NCBI GenBank assembly: GCA_014905635.1
Contig: CM026547.1
Coordinates: 4,030,001 to 4,094,000, forward strand
DNA length: 64,000 nt
From: Scenedesmus sp. PABB004
Lineage: Eukaryota
Direction of reading: 5' to 3'
The notes below the pieces were generated by a model. It worked only from the letters and a program-made list of their open reading frames with translations, did not search any database and was not told the DNA's origin. The position numbers were made by a program, and so were the translations under genes. Position 1 is the stretch's first letter, and each line of letters begins with the position of its first letter. Of this stretch, positions 35,696 to 46,357 are shown piece by piece.

Positions 35696-36857
35696 TCACC
35701 ACACGCACTCGGTCTCGAGCCAGCGCACGACGTCCGGCCGGCGCTCCGACGGGTGGCGCGTCGCGGCGGCCTCGAGACAGCGCGCCACGTCCATGGGACA
35801 GCCGGCGCCGCGCAGCCACACGAGCGTCTCCAGGTGCCCGCCCTTGGCCGCCGCCGTCGCGGTCGCGGGCGACCAGGGCACGGGCGAGGGCGCGGCCTCG
35901 CGCATCCAGCGCAGCAGCGCGGTGCGGCCCGCGCCCGCCGCGGCGGTCGCGGCGCGCTCGTCCCACGCCGCGCCGCGCGCCACGAGCCACCGCAGCAGCG
36001 CGGCCCGCCCCGTCGCGGCGGCGGCGATGCACGCCCAGCCGTCGGCGAGCGCGTCCGGGTCAGCCGCGGCGAGGAGCTCCAGCACCGCTGTATGCCCGCC
36101 CGCCGCGCTCGCGACGACGCACGCGCGCAGGTCCCAGGGGCAGCCGCGCGCGCGCAGCCACTCGAGCACCTCGACGTGCCCCGCCGCCGCCGCCTCGGCG
36201 CACATGCCGGCGTCGAGCTGCGTCGCCTCCTGGAGGCCGAGGAAGCGCAGCGCCTGGAGGTGCCCCCCGGCCGCGGCTGCCTCGGCCGCCGCGCTGAGCT
36301 CGTACGGCGTTAGGCGAAAGGCGTCCAGCAGCCACGCGAGCACGGGCACGTGCCCCGCCGCCGCCGCCGCCGCCGCGCACGGGCCCGGCGCAATGGGGCA
36401 GGGCGGGGACGCGGCGCGCATCGCGCGCAGCGCGGCCAGGTGCCCGCCCGCCGCCGCGGCGGCCGTCGCGGCCGCCGACCAGGCCACGCCCTCGCCGCGC
36501 AGCCACGCCACGGCGGCGGTGTCCCTGCGGGGAGCAGGCGGCGCGCGGGCGCCCGCTCGCTCAGCCACGCGCGCCAGCACAGCGCCGCGCCGCGCTGCTG
36601 CGGCCGCCGCTGCGCGCCGCGGTCTATTCGCACCCGGCGGCGGCCCTGGCGACGAGGAGCTGCTGGCGGTGCTTGGGGTGGGACGCGCAGAGCTGCTGGA
36701 CGACCCAGAGCGGCGCGGGCTCGCGAGCGCTCAGCAGCGTCCCCCGGGGCAGCGCTGCGCGGGCTTCGCGGTCAACGGCCCGGCCCGCCCAAGCCTGTGC
36801 GCACGGCGGCAGGCGGCGTAGCACCTCGACGACCAGGTGCGACGGCAGGGGCGCCAT
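35696..36857 (-). CDS. Ankyrin-like repeat protein of the expanded chlorophyte 'AAxxGHLEVLxWLRxxGCPWD' family; 2 exons
   Basis: About 7 repeats such as AAAAGHVEVLEWLRARGCPWD and AAKGGHLETLVWLRGAGCPMD. F-box-like start MAPLPSHLVVEVLRRL. Intron 36633-36525. Confidence 0.8.
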
Positions 36858-37246
36858 CTGGTTGGTGCGCTCGCACTTCGGGCGCTGCTATGGCGCTTCT
36901 GACGGGCCCATGACTGCTAGGGTGGTGGCGGTGACACCGATGACGGGCAGGGCCGGCCAGCGGGGGCTGTCAACAGGCGGATTGAGGAAGGAGTCAGCGC
37001 GCGGCGGTCCGCTGTCTGCCCTAGTCCCCCTTTTTTTTCAGGGCTCAGGCGCACCTCCTGAGCTCCCCGAGCTCCCACGCAGCTGCCGCGACCGAGCAGC
37101 AGCCCGCCGCCGCCGCTGTTGCTGCCCGCGACGGCGGCCAGCGCGGCGTGCCAGCTCGGCGCCGCGGCCGCACGCAGCGCCCGGCCCCGGCACGCGCAGC
37201 ACGCCGCTATCAACGACAAAATGCCCCCCTCTTGGTCAAGCACGCC

Positions 37247-38356
37247 TCAGCCCTGCGTCATGAGCGCGGCCTTGAGCATGTGGCTGAGCCCCGGCAGCTT
37301 GGACGACTGGGCCCCGAGCTTCGCGACCTTTGCCTGCGCCTCGGCGAGGCGCTCCGCGCTGGACGCCTGCAGCGCCGCGACCTTGCGCTTCAGCGCGGCG
37401 CGGCGCTTGTCGCTGGCCGCGAGCACCTGCGGCGCGCACGCGGCGGCGCGGCGTCCGTGCGGCGCGGCGGCGCCCGCGCGCGCGGCCGGCCGCGGCCGGC
37501 CAGCCCGCCCCTGCCCCGCGGTGCGCTGCCGGCCGCGCGCGCCTGGCCCTTGGCCTCGTCGAGCTGGCTGTAGATCTCGTTGTACTCGTCCCACTGCACG
37601 TGCAGGTCCTGCGCGCGCGCGGGGGCGGCGCTCAGGGGCAGCGGCGCGGCGGCACGCCGCCGGGCACGCGCAGCACGCGCGCTGCCACTCGTCGCGCCCC
37701 GCGCCCGTCGAGCCCCTGCCCCGGCGCCCTGCAGGCCCCTGCTTGCCTGCTGGTACTTGGCGTTGAGCGCCTCGATGTGCTTGAACTTGTCGGCCAGGCG
37801 CTTGGAGAGCCCGCCAAACGTGCTCGCCGCCAGCGCCGCCGCGTCCCGCATGTCCTTGGCCGCCGCGGCCTGCAGGGCCTTGTGCTGCGCGCGTGCGCGC
37901 GTGGCGAGGCGCGGCGCGGGCGCGGCGGGCGTCGCAGCAGCCCAGCGGCGCTGCGCGGCCGCGGCGCGCGCGAGCAAGCATACCGCCCGCGCCCGCGGGC
38001 GCGCGCGCCTCCTTGGCGATGGTGGCCTGCAGCTCCGCGAGGACGGCCTGCTGCTTCTGCTGCTGCTTGGCGGCCTTGCTGCGGATGACCTTGGCCAGCG
38101 CGTCCTGCAGGTCCGCGAGCCCCGCCTCCGCGTCCTCCTCCTCCTCCTCCGCGTCGAGGAAGCTGTTCAGCTTGCCCATCAGCCGCGCGCCCTGGTCGGC
38201 GGGCGACGCGGTGTCCAGGCCGCCGAGGCCGCCGCCGCCGCCGAGCTTCAGGCCGCCCGCGCCGGCGGCGGCAAGCGACGGCAGCGCCGGCAGCACGGGC
38301 GCGTTGGCGGCGCCGCCGCCGCCGAGCGGCGAGCGGGCGGGCTTGGGCGCGGCCAT
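37247..38356 (-). CDS. Short coiled-coil protein resembling the ASY3/ASY4 (Red1/SYCP2-SYCP3-type) meiotic axis core; 4 exons
   Basis: Spliced product ...KQQAVLAELQATIAKE|HKALQ...KRLADKFKHIEALNAKYQQ|DLHVQWDEYNEIYSQLDEAKGQ|VLAASDKRRAALKRKVAAL...ERLAEAQAKV. All three introns are GC-AG. The gene is well supported; the family call is from a recalled sequence pattern. Confidence 0.6.
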   Translation of the reverse strand: MAAPKPARSPLGGGGAANAPVLPALPSLAAAGAGGLKLGGGGGLGGLDTASPADQGARLMGKLNSFLDAEEEEEDAEAGLADLQDALAKVIRSKAAKQQQKQQAVLAELQATIAKEARAPAGAGGMLARARRGRAAPLGCCDARRARAAPRHARTRAAQGPAGRGGQGHAGRGGAGGEHVWRALQAPGRQVQAHRGAQRQVPAGKQGPAGRRGRGSTGAGRDEWQRACCACPAACRRAAAPERRPRARAGPARAVGRVQRDLQPARRGQGPGARGRQRTAGQGRAGRPRPAARAGAAAPHGRRAAACAPQVLAASDKRRAALKRKVAALQASSAERLAEAQAKVAKLGAQSSKLPGLSHMLKAALMTQG

Positions 38357-38847
38357 GCGGGCGGGCCTGGGCGCGTGGGGCGCCCCGGCGGCGGTGCTGG
38401 GACGCGCGCTGCGGCTCGCGCGCTGCGGCGAGCAGCGGCGGCGGTCGCGGCTGCTGGGCGAGACGCGGCGGCTCGCTGCGGCCGGGGCGTCCAGCAGGGG
38501 TCGTGGCGCGTGCGCGGGCTGGCGCTGGGAGGCGGGCGCGAAGCGGCGGGCCGGCGCCAGCGGCGGCGGCGGCGGGTCGCGGCGACGAGGCGCGGCGTGG
38601 CGGCGCGGGCGCGCTGCGCGGCGGGAGGGGCGCGTGTGGCGGTGTGTCGGTCGTGCCGCGTAAGCCGGCAGCGGCAAGGGCGCGCGGTTCAACTGGAAAG
38701 TGACGGCGGCGCAAAAGCGCTCGTACGCCGCGCCGAGCCGCCAGCATCGGCGCCACGCCGTCGACGCCGCCAACAACGCTCTACGCCCACAGCTCCGCGC
38801 CACAACGCCGCAACACCGCCCCTCGCCATGCCGCGCGGGCGCCGCGC

Positions 38848-41245
38848 TCACCCCTCGACAACGGCCGCCGCGGTCGCGTCGTGGATGCGCTGCATGACAG
38901 CGTCCGTCAGCTTGTGGCTCACCTCCAGCGCCTTCATGTTCTCAGCGATCTGCAGCACACCGTCAGCGGGGCACGCGGGCTCAGCGGCGCCGGCGGGCCG
39001 GCGCGGGCGGCGCTTGGGCGCACCTGGTCGACGCGCGTCGCGCCGGTGATGACGGTGCTCACGTTGGGGCCCTTGAGGCACCTGCGGCGCGGCGCCGCGG
39101 CGCGTGGGGCCGCGCGGCAGCCTGGCGCCGCGCCCCGCAGCGCAGCGCAGCGCCGCGCCGCGCGCCCGCCCACCATGCGAGCGCGAGCTGCGCCAGGCTG
39201 CAGCCCAGCTCGTCCGCGATGGGCTTCAGCCGGTCCACGGCCTCCAGCTGCGCGCGGCGGAGGCTGGCGGCGTCGGCCCCTGCTGCCGGTCGGCCGCGTG
39301 CTGCCCCCGCGCCGCGCCGCGCCGCGCCGCGCCGGGCCACGCCGCGCCGCGCCTGCGCGCGCTTCTCGACCAGCTTCTTCTCGGCCAGCCACTTGCGGCG
39401 GCGGGGCGGGGCAGGGAGCGGGCGGGGCGGCGGGTCGGGCGGTGCGCGCCGAAGGCGCCCCGCTGTCTCCGCGCCGCGCTGGTCGCCGCCCGCCGCGCCG
39501 GTCCACACCTTGTACTCTGCCAGCGCGAAGCGGCTGCCGGTGGGGATCTCTCCGCCACTGTACTTGCCGGTCAGGATGCCGCTCTGGGGGGCGGGGCGGG
39601 GGCGGGGCAGGGCGGGGTGCGGCGGGGCGGGGCACGGCGGGGCGGGCAGAGTGCGCGCAGCGTTTGGTCTGGGCGGGCTCGGCACGCGCTGGGTTGCCAG
39701 GCGGCGGCGCGGCGCGCGCCGCACCGCGAGGGGGCTCCACGTGGTCAGGCCTAGGCCGTGGCTGCGGTGGCGGGCCGGGGCGGCGGCGCGGCGGCGGCGC
39801 GTGGCGCGGCGCGGCGCGCGCGCGTGGGGCCAGGCAAGGCCTCGACCCGCCACACACCCGCCCGCCCCGGGCGGCGCGGCACCCACCTGGCATACAGCGG
39901 CTTGAGCTCGACCTCCACCTGTCGGCGGGCGGCGCGGCGCCGTCAGTAGCCGGACGCGCGGGCGTGGCAGGCAGCAGCACAGCAGGGGGGCCGTGCCCGC
40001 GCCGGGGCCACGCGCGCGCGCGCGAGCCGCGCACAAACCTTGTGGCGCGCAAAGATGTTATACTCAGGCTGCTCCATCGCCGGCCCGACCAGGCCCAGGC
40101 GCTCGGACACGCGCCACGCCTGCCGCGTCCGGCGGCGGCGGCGGCTCGCGCGCAGGGCTCGCGCGAGCGAGGGAGGCGCGGGGGCGCGCGCCGGCGCGCG
40201 CGCAACGCGGCGGCGCGGCGTGCACCTCCTGCAGCTGCTCCGCACTCCACTCCGAGGTGCCCCAGTAGAATGCCCAGCCCTGGTCGAGGACAAAGTTCAT
40301 GGCGCGGACCGTCTGCGAGAGCGGCGCGGCGTGAAACGGCAGGCGGCGAACGGCGGGCGAGCGGCGCGCGGTGTGAGCTGCTGCCAGCGCCTGCCCCCCA
40401 CGCGGCGCGGCGGCGCGGCGCGGCGCGGCGCGGCGCGCCTCCTCGATGGGCGTGTCGGGGTCGGGGCGGTGGCAGAAGAGCAGGTCGACGTAGTCAACCT
40501 GCAGCCGCGCGAGGCAGGCCTGCGCCGCGGCGCGGCGGGGCGCGCGCCGCGGCGTGAGGCGCGGCGCCGCGGGGCCTGCGCGGCGCGGCGGCGGGCGGCC
40601 TGCGCGGCAGTGCGCGGCGCGGCGCGGCGGCGGCACCTTGGTGCCCTCGATGATGTGCTTGCGGCTGAGGCCCTTGTCGTTGGGGCCGTCGCCGCCCCAG
40701 AAGACCTGCGCGCGCCCGGCGCCCGCGGCGGCGGCGGGTCAGCGGCGGGCGGGCGCCGCGCCGCGCCGCGCGTGCTGGGCGGGGCCGCGGCCCGTGGCCG
40801 GCCGCGCGCGCGCCTTGGTGGAGAGCACGATGTCGCTGCGCTTCCAGCCGAGCTCCTTGATGGCCTTGCCCATGATCTCCTCCGCCTGGCCCTTGGCGTA
40901 CACCTCGGCGTTGTCAAAGCTGCCGCGGCGGCGGCGGCGCGGGGGAGTGGCGGCGAGCGGGCGGGCGGCTGGGGCGGCGCTCGGGGTGCAGCCCTCACAA
41001 GTTGACGCCCGCCTCGCGGCAGGCCGTGAGGAGCTCCTTCGCTTGCTTGAGAGGGATTTGCGTCCCAAACGTGACCCACGCTCCGAAACTCAGCGCCGAC
41101 ACCTGGCGGAGCGATGCGGCCGGGGCGGCCGCGCGCGATGCGCCGAGCAGCAGCGCGGCGGCGCGCGCCGAGCTGCTGTGCTTATCGGCAGCGCCCCTGC
41201 CACGCGCACCTTCAGGCCGGTCGAGCCGAGGCGCCTGTACTCCAT
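38848..41245 (-). CDS. KAB1: Voltage-gated K+ channel beta-subunit-like aldo-keto reductase; many exons
   Basis: [117 protein letters not shown]. Confidence 0.93.
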
Positions 41246-41566
41246 GGCGGCCGCGGCGAGGGCGGCGAGGGCGGCGGGCGCGCGGCGCTGTCACGGGGCG
41301 GCGCGTGGGGGCGGTGCTGACTGAGGCGCGAGCGTGTGGGCGTGAGGGAAGGGGAGAGCGCGCACAGCGCTGGCGTCTCAAGCAGCGAGCAGAGAACCCT
41401 CGCCGTGTGACGAGCGGGGCCGCTGCGCTACCCGCGAAGCTGCGACGCCGCCGCCGCCACTCTCGCCCTCCCCCCGCCAAGAGCCCTCCCCGGCGCCACG
41501 GGCCCGTGGTCTGGACCGTTCCAGCCCTCGCTCTCGCTTGCGCAGCTCGCGAGTGGCGCGCGCGAG

Positions 41567-42742
41567 ATGGCGGTTGCCGCTGCTGTGGGCGGTGCCGCCA
41601 CAGCAAGGGCGAGCGCCGGGCGGCGCCTGCCGCTGATCAGGGTGCGACGGAACAGCTGTTGCTCAGAACGCTGCCGCAGCCGGTGCCGCCGCCGCGCTCG
41701 CTGCCGGTGCCGCCCGCTGCCGGCGGCAGAGGCAGCCTGCCGCTGCCGACCGCCGCCCGCTCCCGCCGCCCTCCGCTGGCAGGCCCCGCCAGCAGCAGCA
41801 GCAGCAGCAGCAGCAGTCACAGCAGCGGCCGGCGCCGCGCAGCGCGGCCGGCGGCGGGCGGCGGCGCCGCCGCGCGCGGCGCCGCGCAGCGCCAGCGGGG
41901 ACGGCACGCCGGGCGGGCGCCTGGGCGAGGTGCTGGCTGGCATCGACGCGCTCAACGCGCAGGACCCCCGCGTGGTGGAGGTCGACGGCGCGCCGGTGCC
42001 GTACGAGCTCGCGTACAGCCGCTGGCTCTCGGCCTGGGTCGCGAAGCTCGAGCCGGAGCCGTCCGAGGAGCTCACCATCGTCGCGCGGGGGCAGCACGTG
42101 CAGCGCTGGCGCACGCCGCGCAACAGCTTTCCAGAGGTGCGAGCGCGGTGCCCGTGCGGTGCCCGTGCGCCAGCGCGGCCACCGCCGCGCGGCCGCGTGC
42201 GAGCGGGGCGGCCGCGCCGCCGCCGCGCCCCCCACGCCGCAGGGCAAGGCGGGCTACTTTGCATGGCGCGAGGGCCTCAAGCGCGCGCACGCGGGCACCG
42301 TGACGGGGCTCATGGCGGCGGCGGGGTACGACGAGGGCGCGCGCGCGCGCGTGGAGCGCATGATCCTCAAAAAGGACCTCAAGACAGACCCGGAGAACCA
42401 GGCGCGGCGGCCGGGGGGCGCGGGCGAGCCTGCGGGGGGACCTGCGGGGGCGTGCGGGGGCATGCGGGCGCAGCAGCGCAGCGGGGGCTCGTCGGCGGCG
42501 GTGCGCGCGCGCCGCTGCGGCCGCGGCCGCGCTGACGAAAGCCCCCGCGCGCAGGTGGTCGAGGACGCGCTGTGCCTGGTGTTCCTGGAGCGCCAGTTTG
42601 CGGACCTGCTGGCCAAAGAGGGGCCGGACAAGATGCTTGGCATCATCGCCAAGTCGTGGGCCAAGATGGGCGAGCGCGGGCGCGCCGCGGCGCTCGCGCT
42701 GCAGCTGCCGGCCGACCAGGCGGACGTCGTGGCGCGCGCGCT

Positions 42743-42777
<35 letters not shown>

Positions 42778-42782
42778 GCTGA
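41567..42782 (+). CDS. DUF4202 domain protein with organellar targeting-like N-terminus; 3 exons
   Basis: IDALNAQDP...PYELAYS; ARGQHVQRWRTPRNSFPE|GKAGYFAWR; KKDLKTDPENQ|VVEDALCLVFLE; IIAKSWAKM. Confidence 0.85.
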
Positions 42783-42870
42783 GCGCGGCGGCGCCGCCGC
42801 CGCGAATGCGCGTGGGACTGATCTCTGTCCGAGGCGTGGCGCGCGCTGCGCGAGGGTGAGCAACTGATAT

Positions 42871-43114
42871 GATGATGATGAGGCCGGGCACGGCCGCCGC
42901 CGCGCGGAGCAGCGGGCCAATCTCCGCCCGCGCCCGCGCGGCGGCGCGTGCCGTGCCGTGCGCGCGCGATTGATCTCTGTCCGTGGCGTCGCGCGCTCGC
43001 CTGCGCGCGGTTTAACCACCTGGAACCCAGCCCGCGGTTCAGTCGGCAAGGCAAGGCTCCTGCAGCTGGTGCGACAGGCCTCCCCCACCGGGCAAGCACC
43101 CACCCACACACAGA

Positions 43115-43154
<40 letters not shown>

Positions 43155-43517
43155 TGCCGTTGCCAGCGCCCCGACCGCGCCGCGCAGCGCCGCCACAGCG
43201 GGTGCTGCTGCTGCCCCCGCCAGCGCGCTCCCGTGCAGACCGCGTGCCTCTGCATCCGACACGCCCGCCCGCCGCCGGGCTGGGGCGGCATGCAGCGAGG
43301 GCCGGCGGCGCAGCAGCAGCGCCGCGGCCTTTGCGCCCCCGCCGCGCCGGCCTGGCGAGCAGGTGCGGCGCGGCGGCCCCGCGATCGCCTGATGCGCGCG
43401 CCCCCCTCGCCCTTGCCGACGCTCGCTCACGCGCCGCGCCGCGGCCGCCGCGCAGCGCCGGCGCTGCCCGCGCAGCAGCAGCGCTGGCCCCGCGCGGCGC
43501 CGCGCTGCGCGGCGGCG
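42871..43517 (+). repeat. Copy A of a ~640-bp inverted duplication (promoter, 5'UTR, exon 1, intron 1 and start of exon 2 of SCY2)
   Basis: Highly similar to the reverse complement of 51773-52411, for example the shared CGGTTTAACCACCTGGAACCCAGCCCGCGGTTCAGTCGGCAAGGCAAGGCTCCTGCAGCTGGTGCGACAGGCCTCCC. Confidence 0.95.
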
Positions 43518-46212
43518 GCCCTGCAGCAGCCGGGCGTCCCGCAGCAGCTGTGCCGCAGCGGCTCCTGGCGGCGATGCAGCAGCGGTGCCAGACAGGCAGC
43601 AGTCGCAGCGCCGCAGCCGGCGGCGCGCGCCCCTCAGCGGAGCACGGCGGCAGCCGCGTACGCCGCGCATGAGCCGCCCCCGTTCGGCGACGCCGGGTGC
43701 GTGGCGCGCGGGGGCAGCTGCTCGGGGCCAGCAGCCTCGCCGCCGACGCCAGGGCGCGCACCGAGCCTGCCCCACCCCCGCCCCGCCCGTGCGCGCGCCG
43801 CCGCAGCGGCGGCTGGCTCGCGCGGCTCGTGCCCGGCTGGGTGGTGCGCAACCGCACCGTGCTCGCGCGGCTGCTCGTGACGCTGGCGATGCTGGCCGTC
43901 ATACGCCTGGGCTACTTCTTGCCAGTGCCGGGCGTCGACCTCGCCGCGCTGCCCGCCGCGGCGGCGGGCATGGAGGGTGCGCGCGGCAGGCCCCGCCCTC
44001 CCCGCCCCGCCCCTCCCCGCCCCGCGCTCCTCCCATCCCCCTGCCCATGCCGCCGCCGCCGCCGCGCCGGCGCCGCCGGCAGGCGACCGCATGATGCGCG
44101 CGCTGTACGGCCAGTCGCAGGCGCTGCCGGCGAGCGTCTTTGACCTCGGCATCTCGCCCCACATCAACGCATCCATCGTCATGAGCATCCTGCTGCTCCT
44201 CCCAAAGGACCTCCTGCCCTTCGCCTGGGCGACGCGCCTGCGCGACGCGCGCAAGGAGGGCAAGGGGGTGCGCCGCGCCGCGCCGCGGGGCTGCGCCGGC
44301 TGCGCCGGCTGCGCCCGCGCCGCCCCGGCCGTCTCTGAGGCGCCCGCCCCCCTCCCCGCCGCCGCCCCGGCCCTGGCGCACCCCTCCTCCCCAAAAAGGG
44401 TGAGGCGCTGATCAATGACCGCATCAACCAGCTCGCCCTGGCGTTCGCGCTCTACCTGGTGCGGCCGCGGCACGCAGCGCGGCGCCGCCAGCCGCCGCGC
44501 CGGCCGCCGCGCCCCGCGCCGCCCGCCCGCGCCCACCCGCGCCGCGCCCGCCCGCCCGCCGCGGCAGGCGCTGCTGCGCGCGCTGGAGCTCGCGCCGTTT
44601 GCGGCGGCGTCGCAGGGCTTTGTGGCCCAGACGGTGCTCGCGCTGGTGGCAGGCAGCTTCATGATCCACCACTGCGCCAACACCATCACCGCGTCGGGCG
44701 TGGGCAACGGCAGCACGCTCGTCATCTGCATGGGCATCGTCTCAGGTGCGGCGCTGCGCAGCGCGGCCCCACCCCTCGCCCCGCGCCCCGCGCGCCGCGC
44801 GCCGCCGCCTCACGCCTTGCCCCGCGCGCCGCCGCCTCACGCCTTGCCCCGCGTGCCGCCAGAGTACGGGTCGACGCTGCACCAGGTGCTCGTGGGGCTG
44901 GAGGCGTCCAGCCTCGCGCCGCTCGGCCTCGCCGCGCTGCTGGTGGGCTACCTCGGCCTGCTGCTCTTCACCGTCTACCTCGCGAGCAGCGAGGTGCGGC
45001 TGCCGATCGTGCAGTACGCCAAGACGCCGCCGCCGGTGCGTCGCGCGCTGGGCGCGCCGCGCGCTGGGCGCGCTGTGCGCTGCACGCCGCGTCGCGGCGC
45101 GCGCCTCGCCAGCGCGGGCCGCGAGCGCCCCCGCGCGCCGCGCCGCAGGAGCCGCCGCCGCCGGGCGCGCCGCCCGCGGGCGGGCGCGGCGAGCTGCTGT
45201 CGGCCGCGCGCGCGCTGCTCGACCGCAAGGCCAGCGCGGCGGGCAAGCAGGGCGCGCACTTCCCGCTGCTGCTCAACTCCTCGGGCGTCATGGTGCGCCC
45301 TGCGCGGCGCGCGTGTGCATCGCCGCGCGCCGCCGCGCTCCGCCGCGCCCAGGGATGCCACCCCGCCCTCGCCCTCGCCCACGCCACCCCGCCCGCCCCG
45401 CCCCGCCCACCCCGCGCCTCACCTCCCTCACCTCCCTCGCCTCCCTCGCCCCCCTCGCCCCGTGCCAGCCTATGATCGTGGCGAGCGCCGTGTTTTACGG
45501 CATGCTCCCCCGCCTCGCCGAGCTCGTCGGCCTCACCGGCGTCGCGGCCTTCATTACCGGCCTGCAGGCCACCGCCTGGGGCCTGCTCGCGTACGGCGCC
45601 ATCGTGTTTGCCATGGAGTTCCTGCCCTTTGGCGCGGTCAACCCGCCAGAGGTGGCCGAGTACTTCACGATGGTGCGCCGCCGCGCCGCGCGCCGCACGC
45701 GCGTGTGTGTGTGAACCCAACCGCGTCAGCCTCGTTGCCTGCAGGCGTGCACGCCCGCGCGCGCCTCGTCGGTCGCGGGCCAACCGCGAGCTCGCCGCCG
45801 CGCGCGCAGATCGACGTCGGCATCCGCGGCGTCGCGCCGGGCTACGCGACGCAGCAGTTCCTCGCCGCCAAGCTGCGCCAGTGCAAGCTATGGGGCGGGC
45901 TCGCGCTCGCGGGGCTCGCGATCAGCGCAAACCTCTTTGACCAGCTCTGCCTCAGCGTCGTCGGCACGAGCCTCGCCACCACCAGCCTCGTCATCATCGT
46001 GGGCGCCGTCATGCAGACGTCGCGCCAGGTGGGGGCGGGGGCAGCGCGCCGGGCGCGCGGCGCCGCGCGGCGGCCAGCGGCCGGCGGCCGGCGGCGCACA
46101 CCCGCGTGCGCGTCTGCGCGCGCAGATCGAGTCGCTGATGGAGGGCCCGAGGCTGCAGCACAAGCTGGACAGCGAGCGCGCGATCATCCAGTCGCTCTCC
46201 ACGGGCGCGTGA
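43290..46212 (+). CDS. SCY2: Plastid preprotein translocase SecY, SCY2 (inner-envelope Sec2) type; multi-exon
   Basis: RLLVTLAMLAVIRLGYFLPVPGVD; SVFDLGISPHINASIVM; ITASGVGNGSTLVICMGI; HFPLLLNSSGVM|PMIVAS; IRGVAPGYATQQFL...WGGLALAGLA; TTSLVIIVGAV. The divergence pattern fits SCY2 better than SCY1. Confidence 0.85.
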
Positions 46213-46357
46213 GCGAGGGCGTCGGCGGGGGTCGTCACGCGTCCCTCGCCACGTGCCGCACGCCCGCCTGCCGCGTGCGCGTGGCGTTAACCGCTGCTCG
46301 CGCCCAACGGTGCCCAACACCTGCGACCCGCGCGATCGACTGCGGGCAGGGCCAGCG

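Noticed and set aside
42869..42885. ATGATGA box-C-like motif at the duplication boundary (possible C/D snoRNA)
   Set aside because: There is no CTGA box D at a suitable distance and no terminal stem. It is probably a GAT microsatellite.
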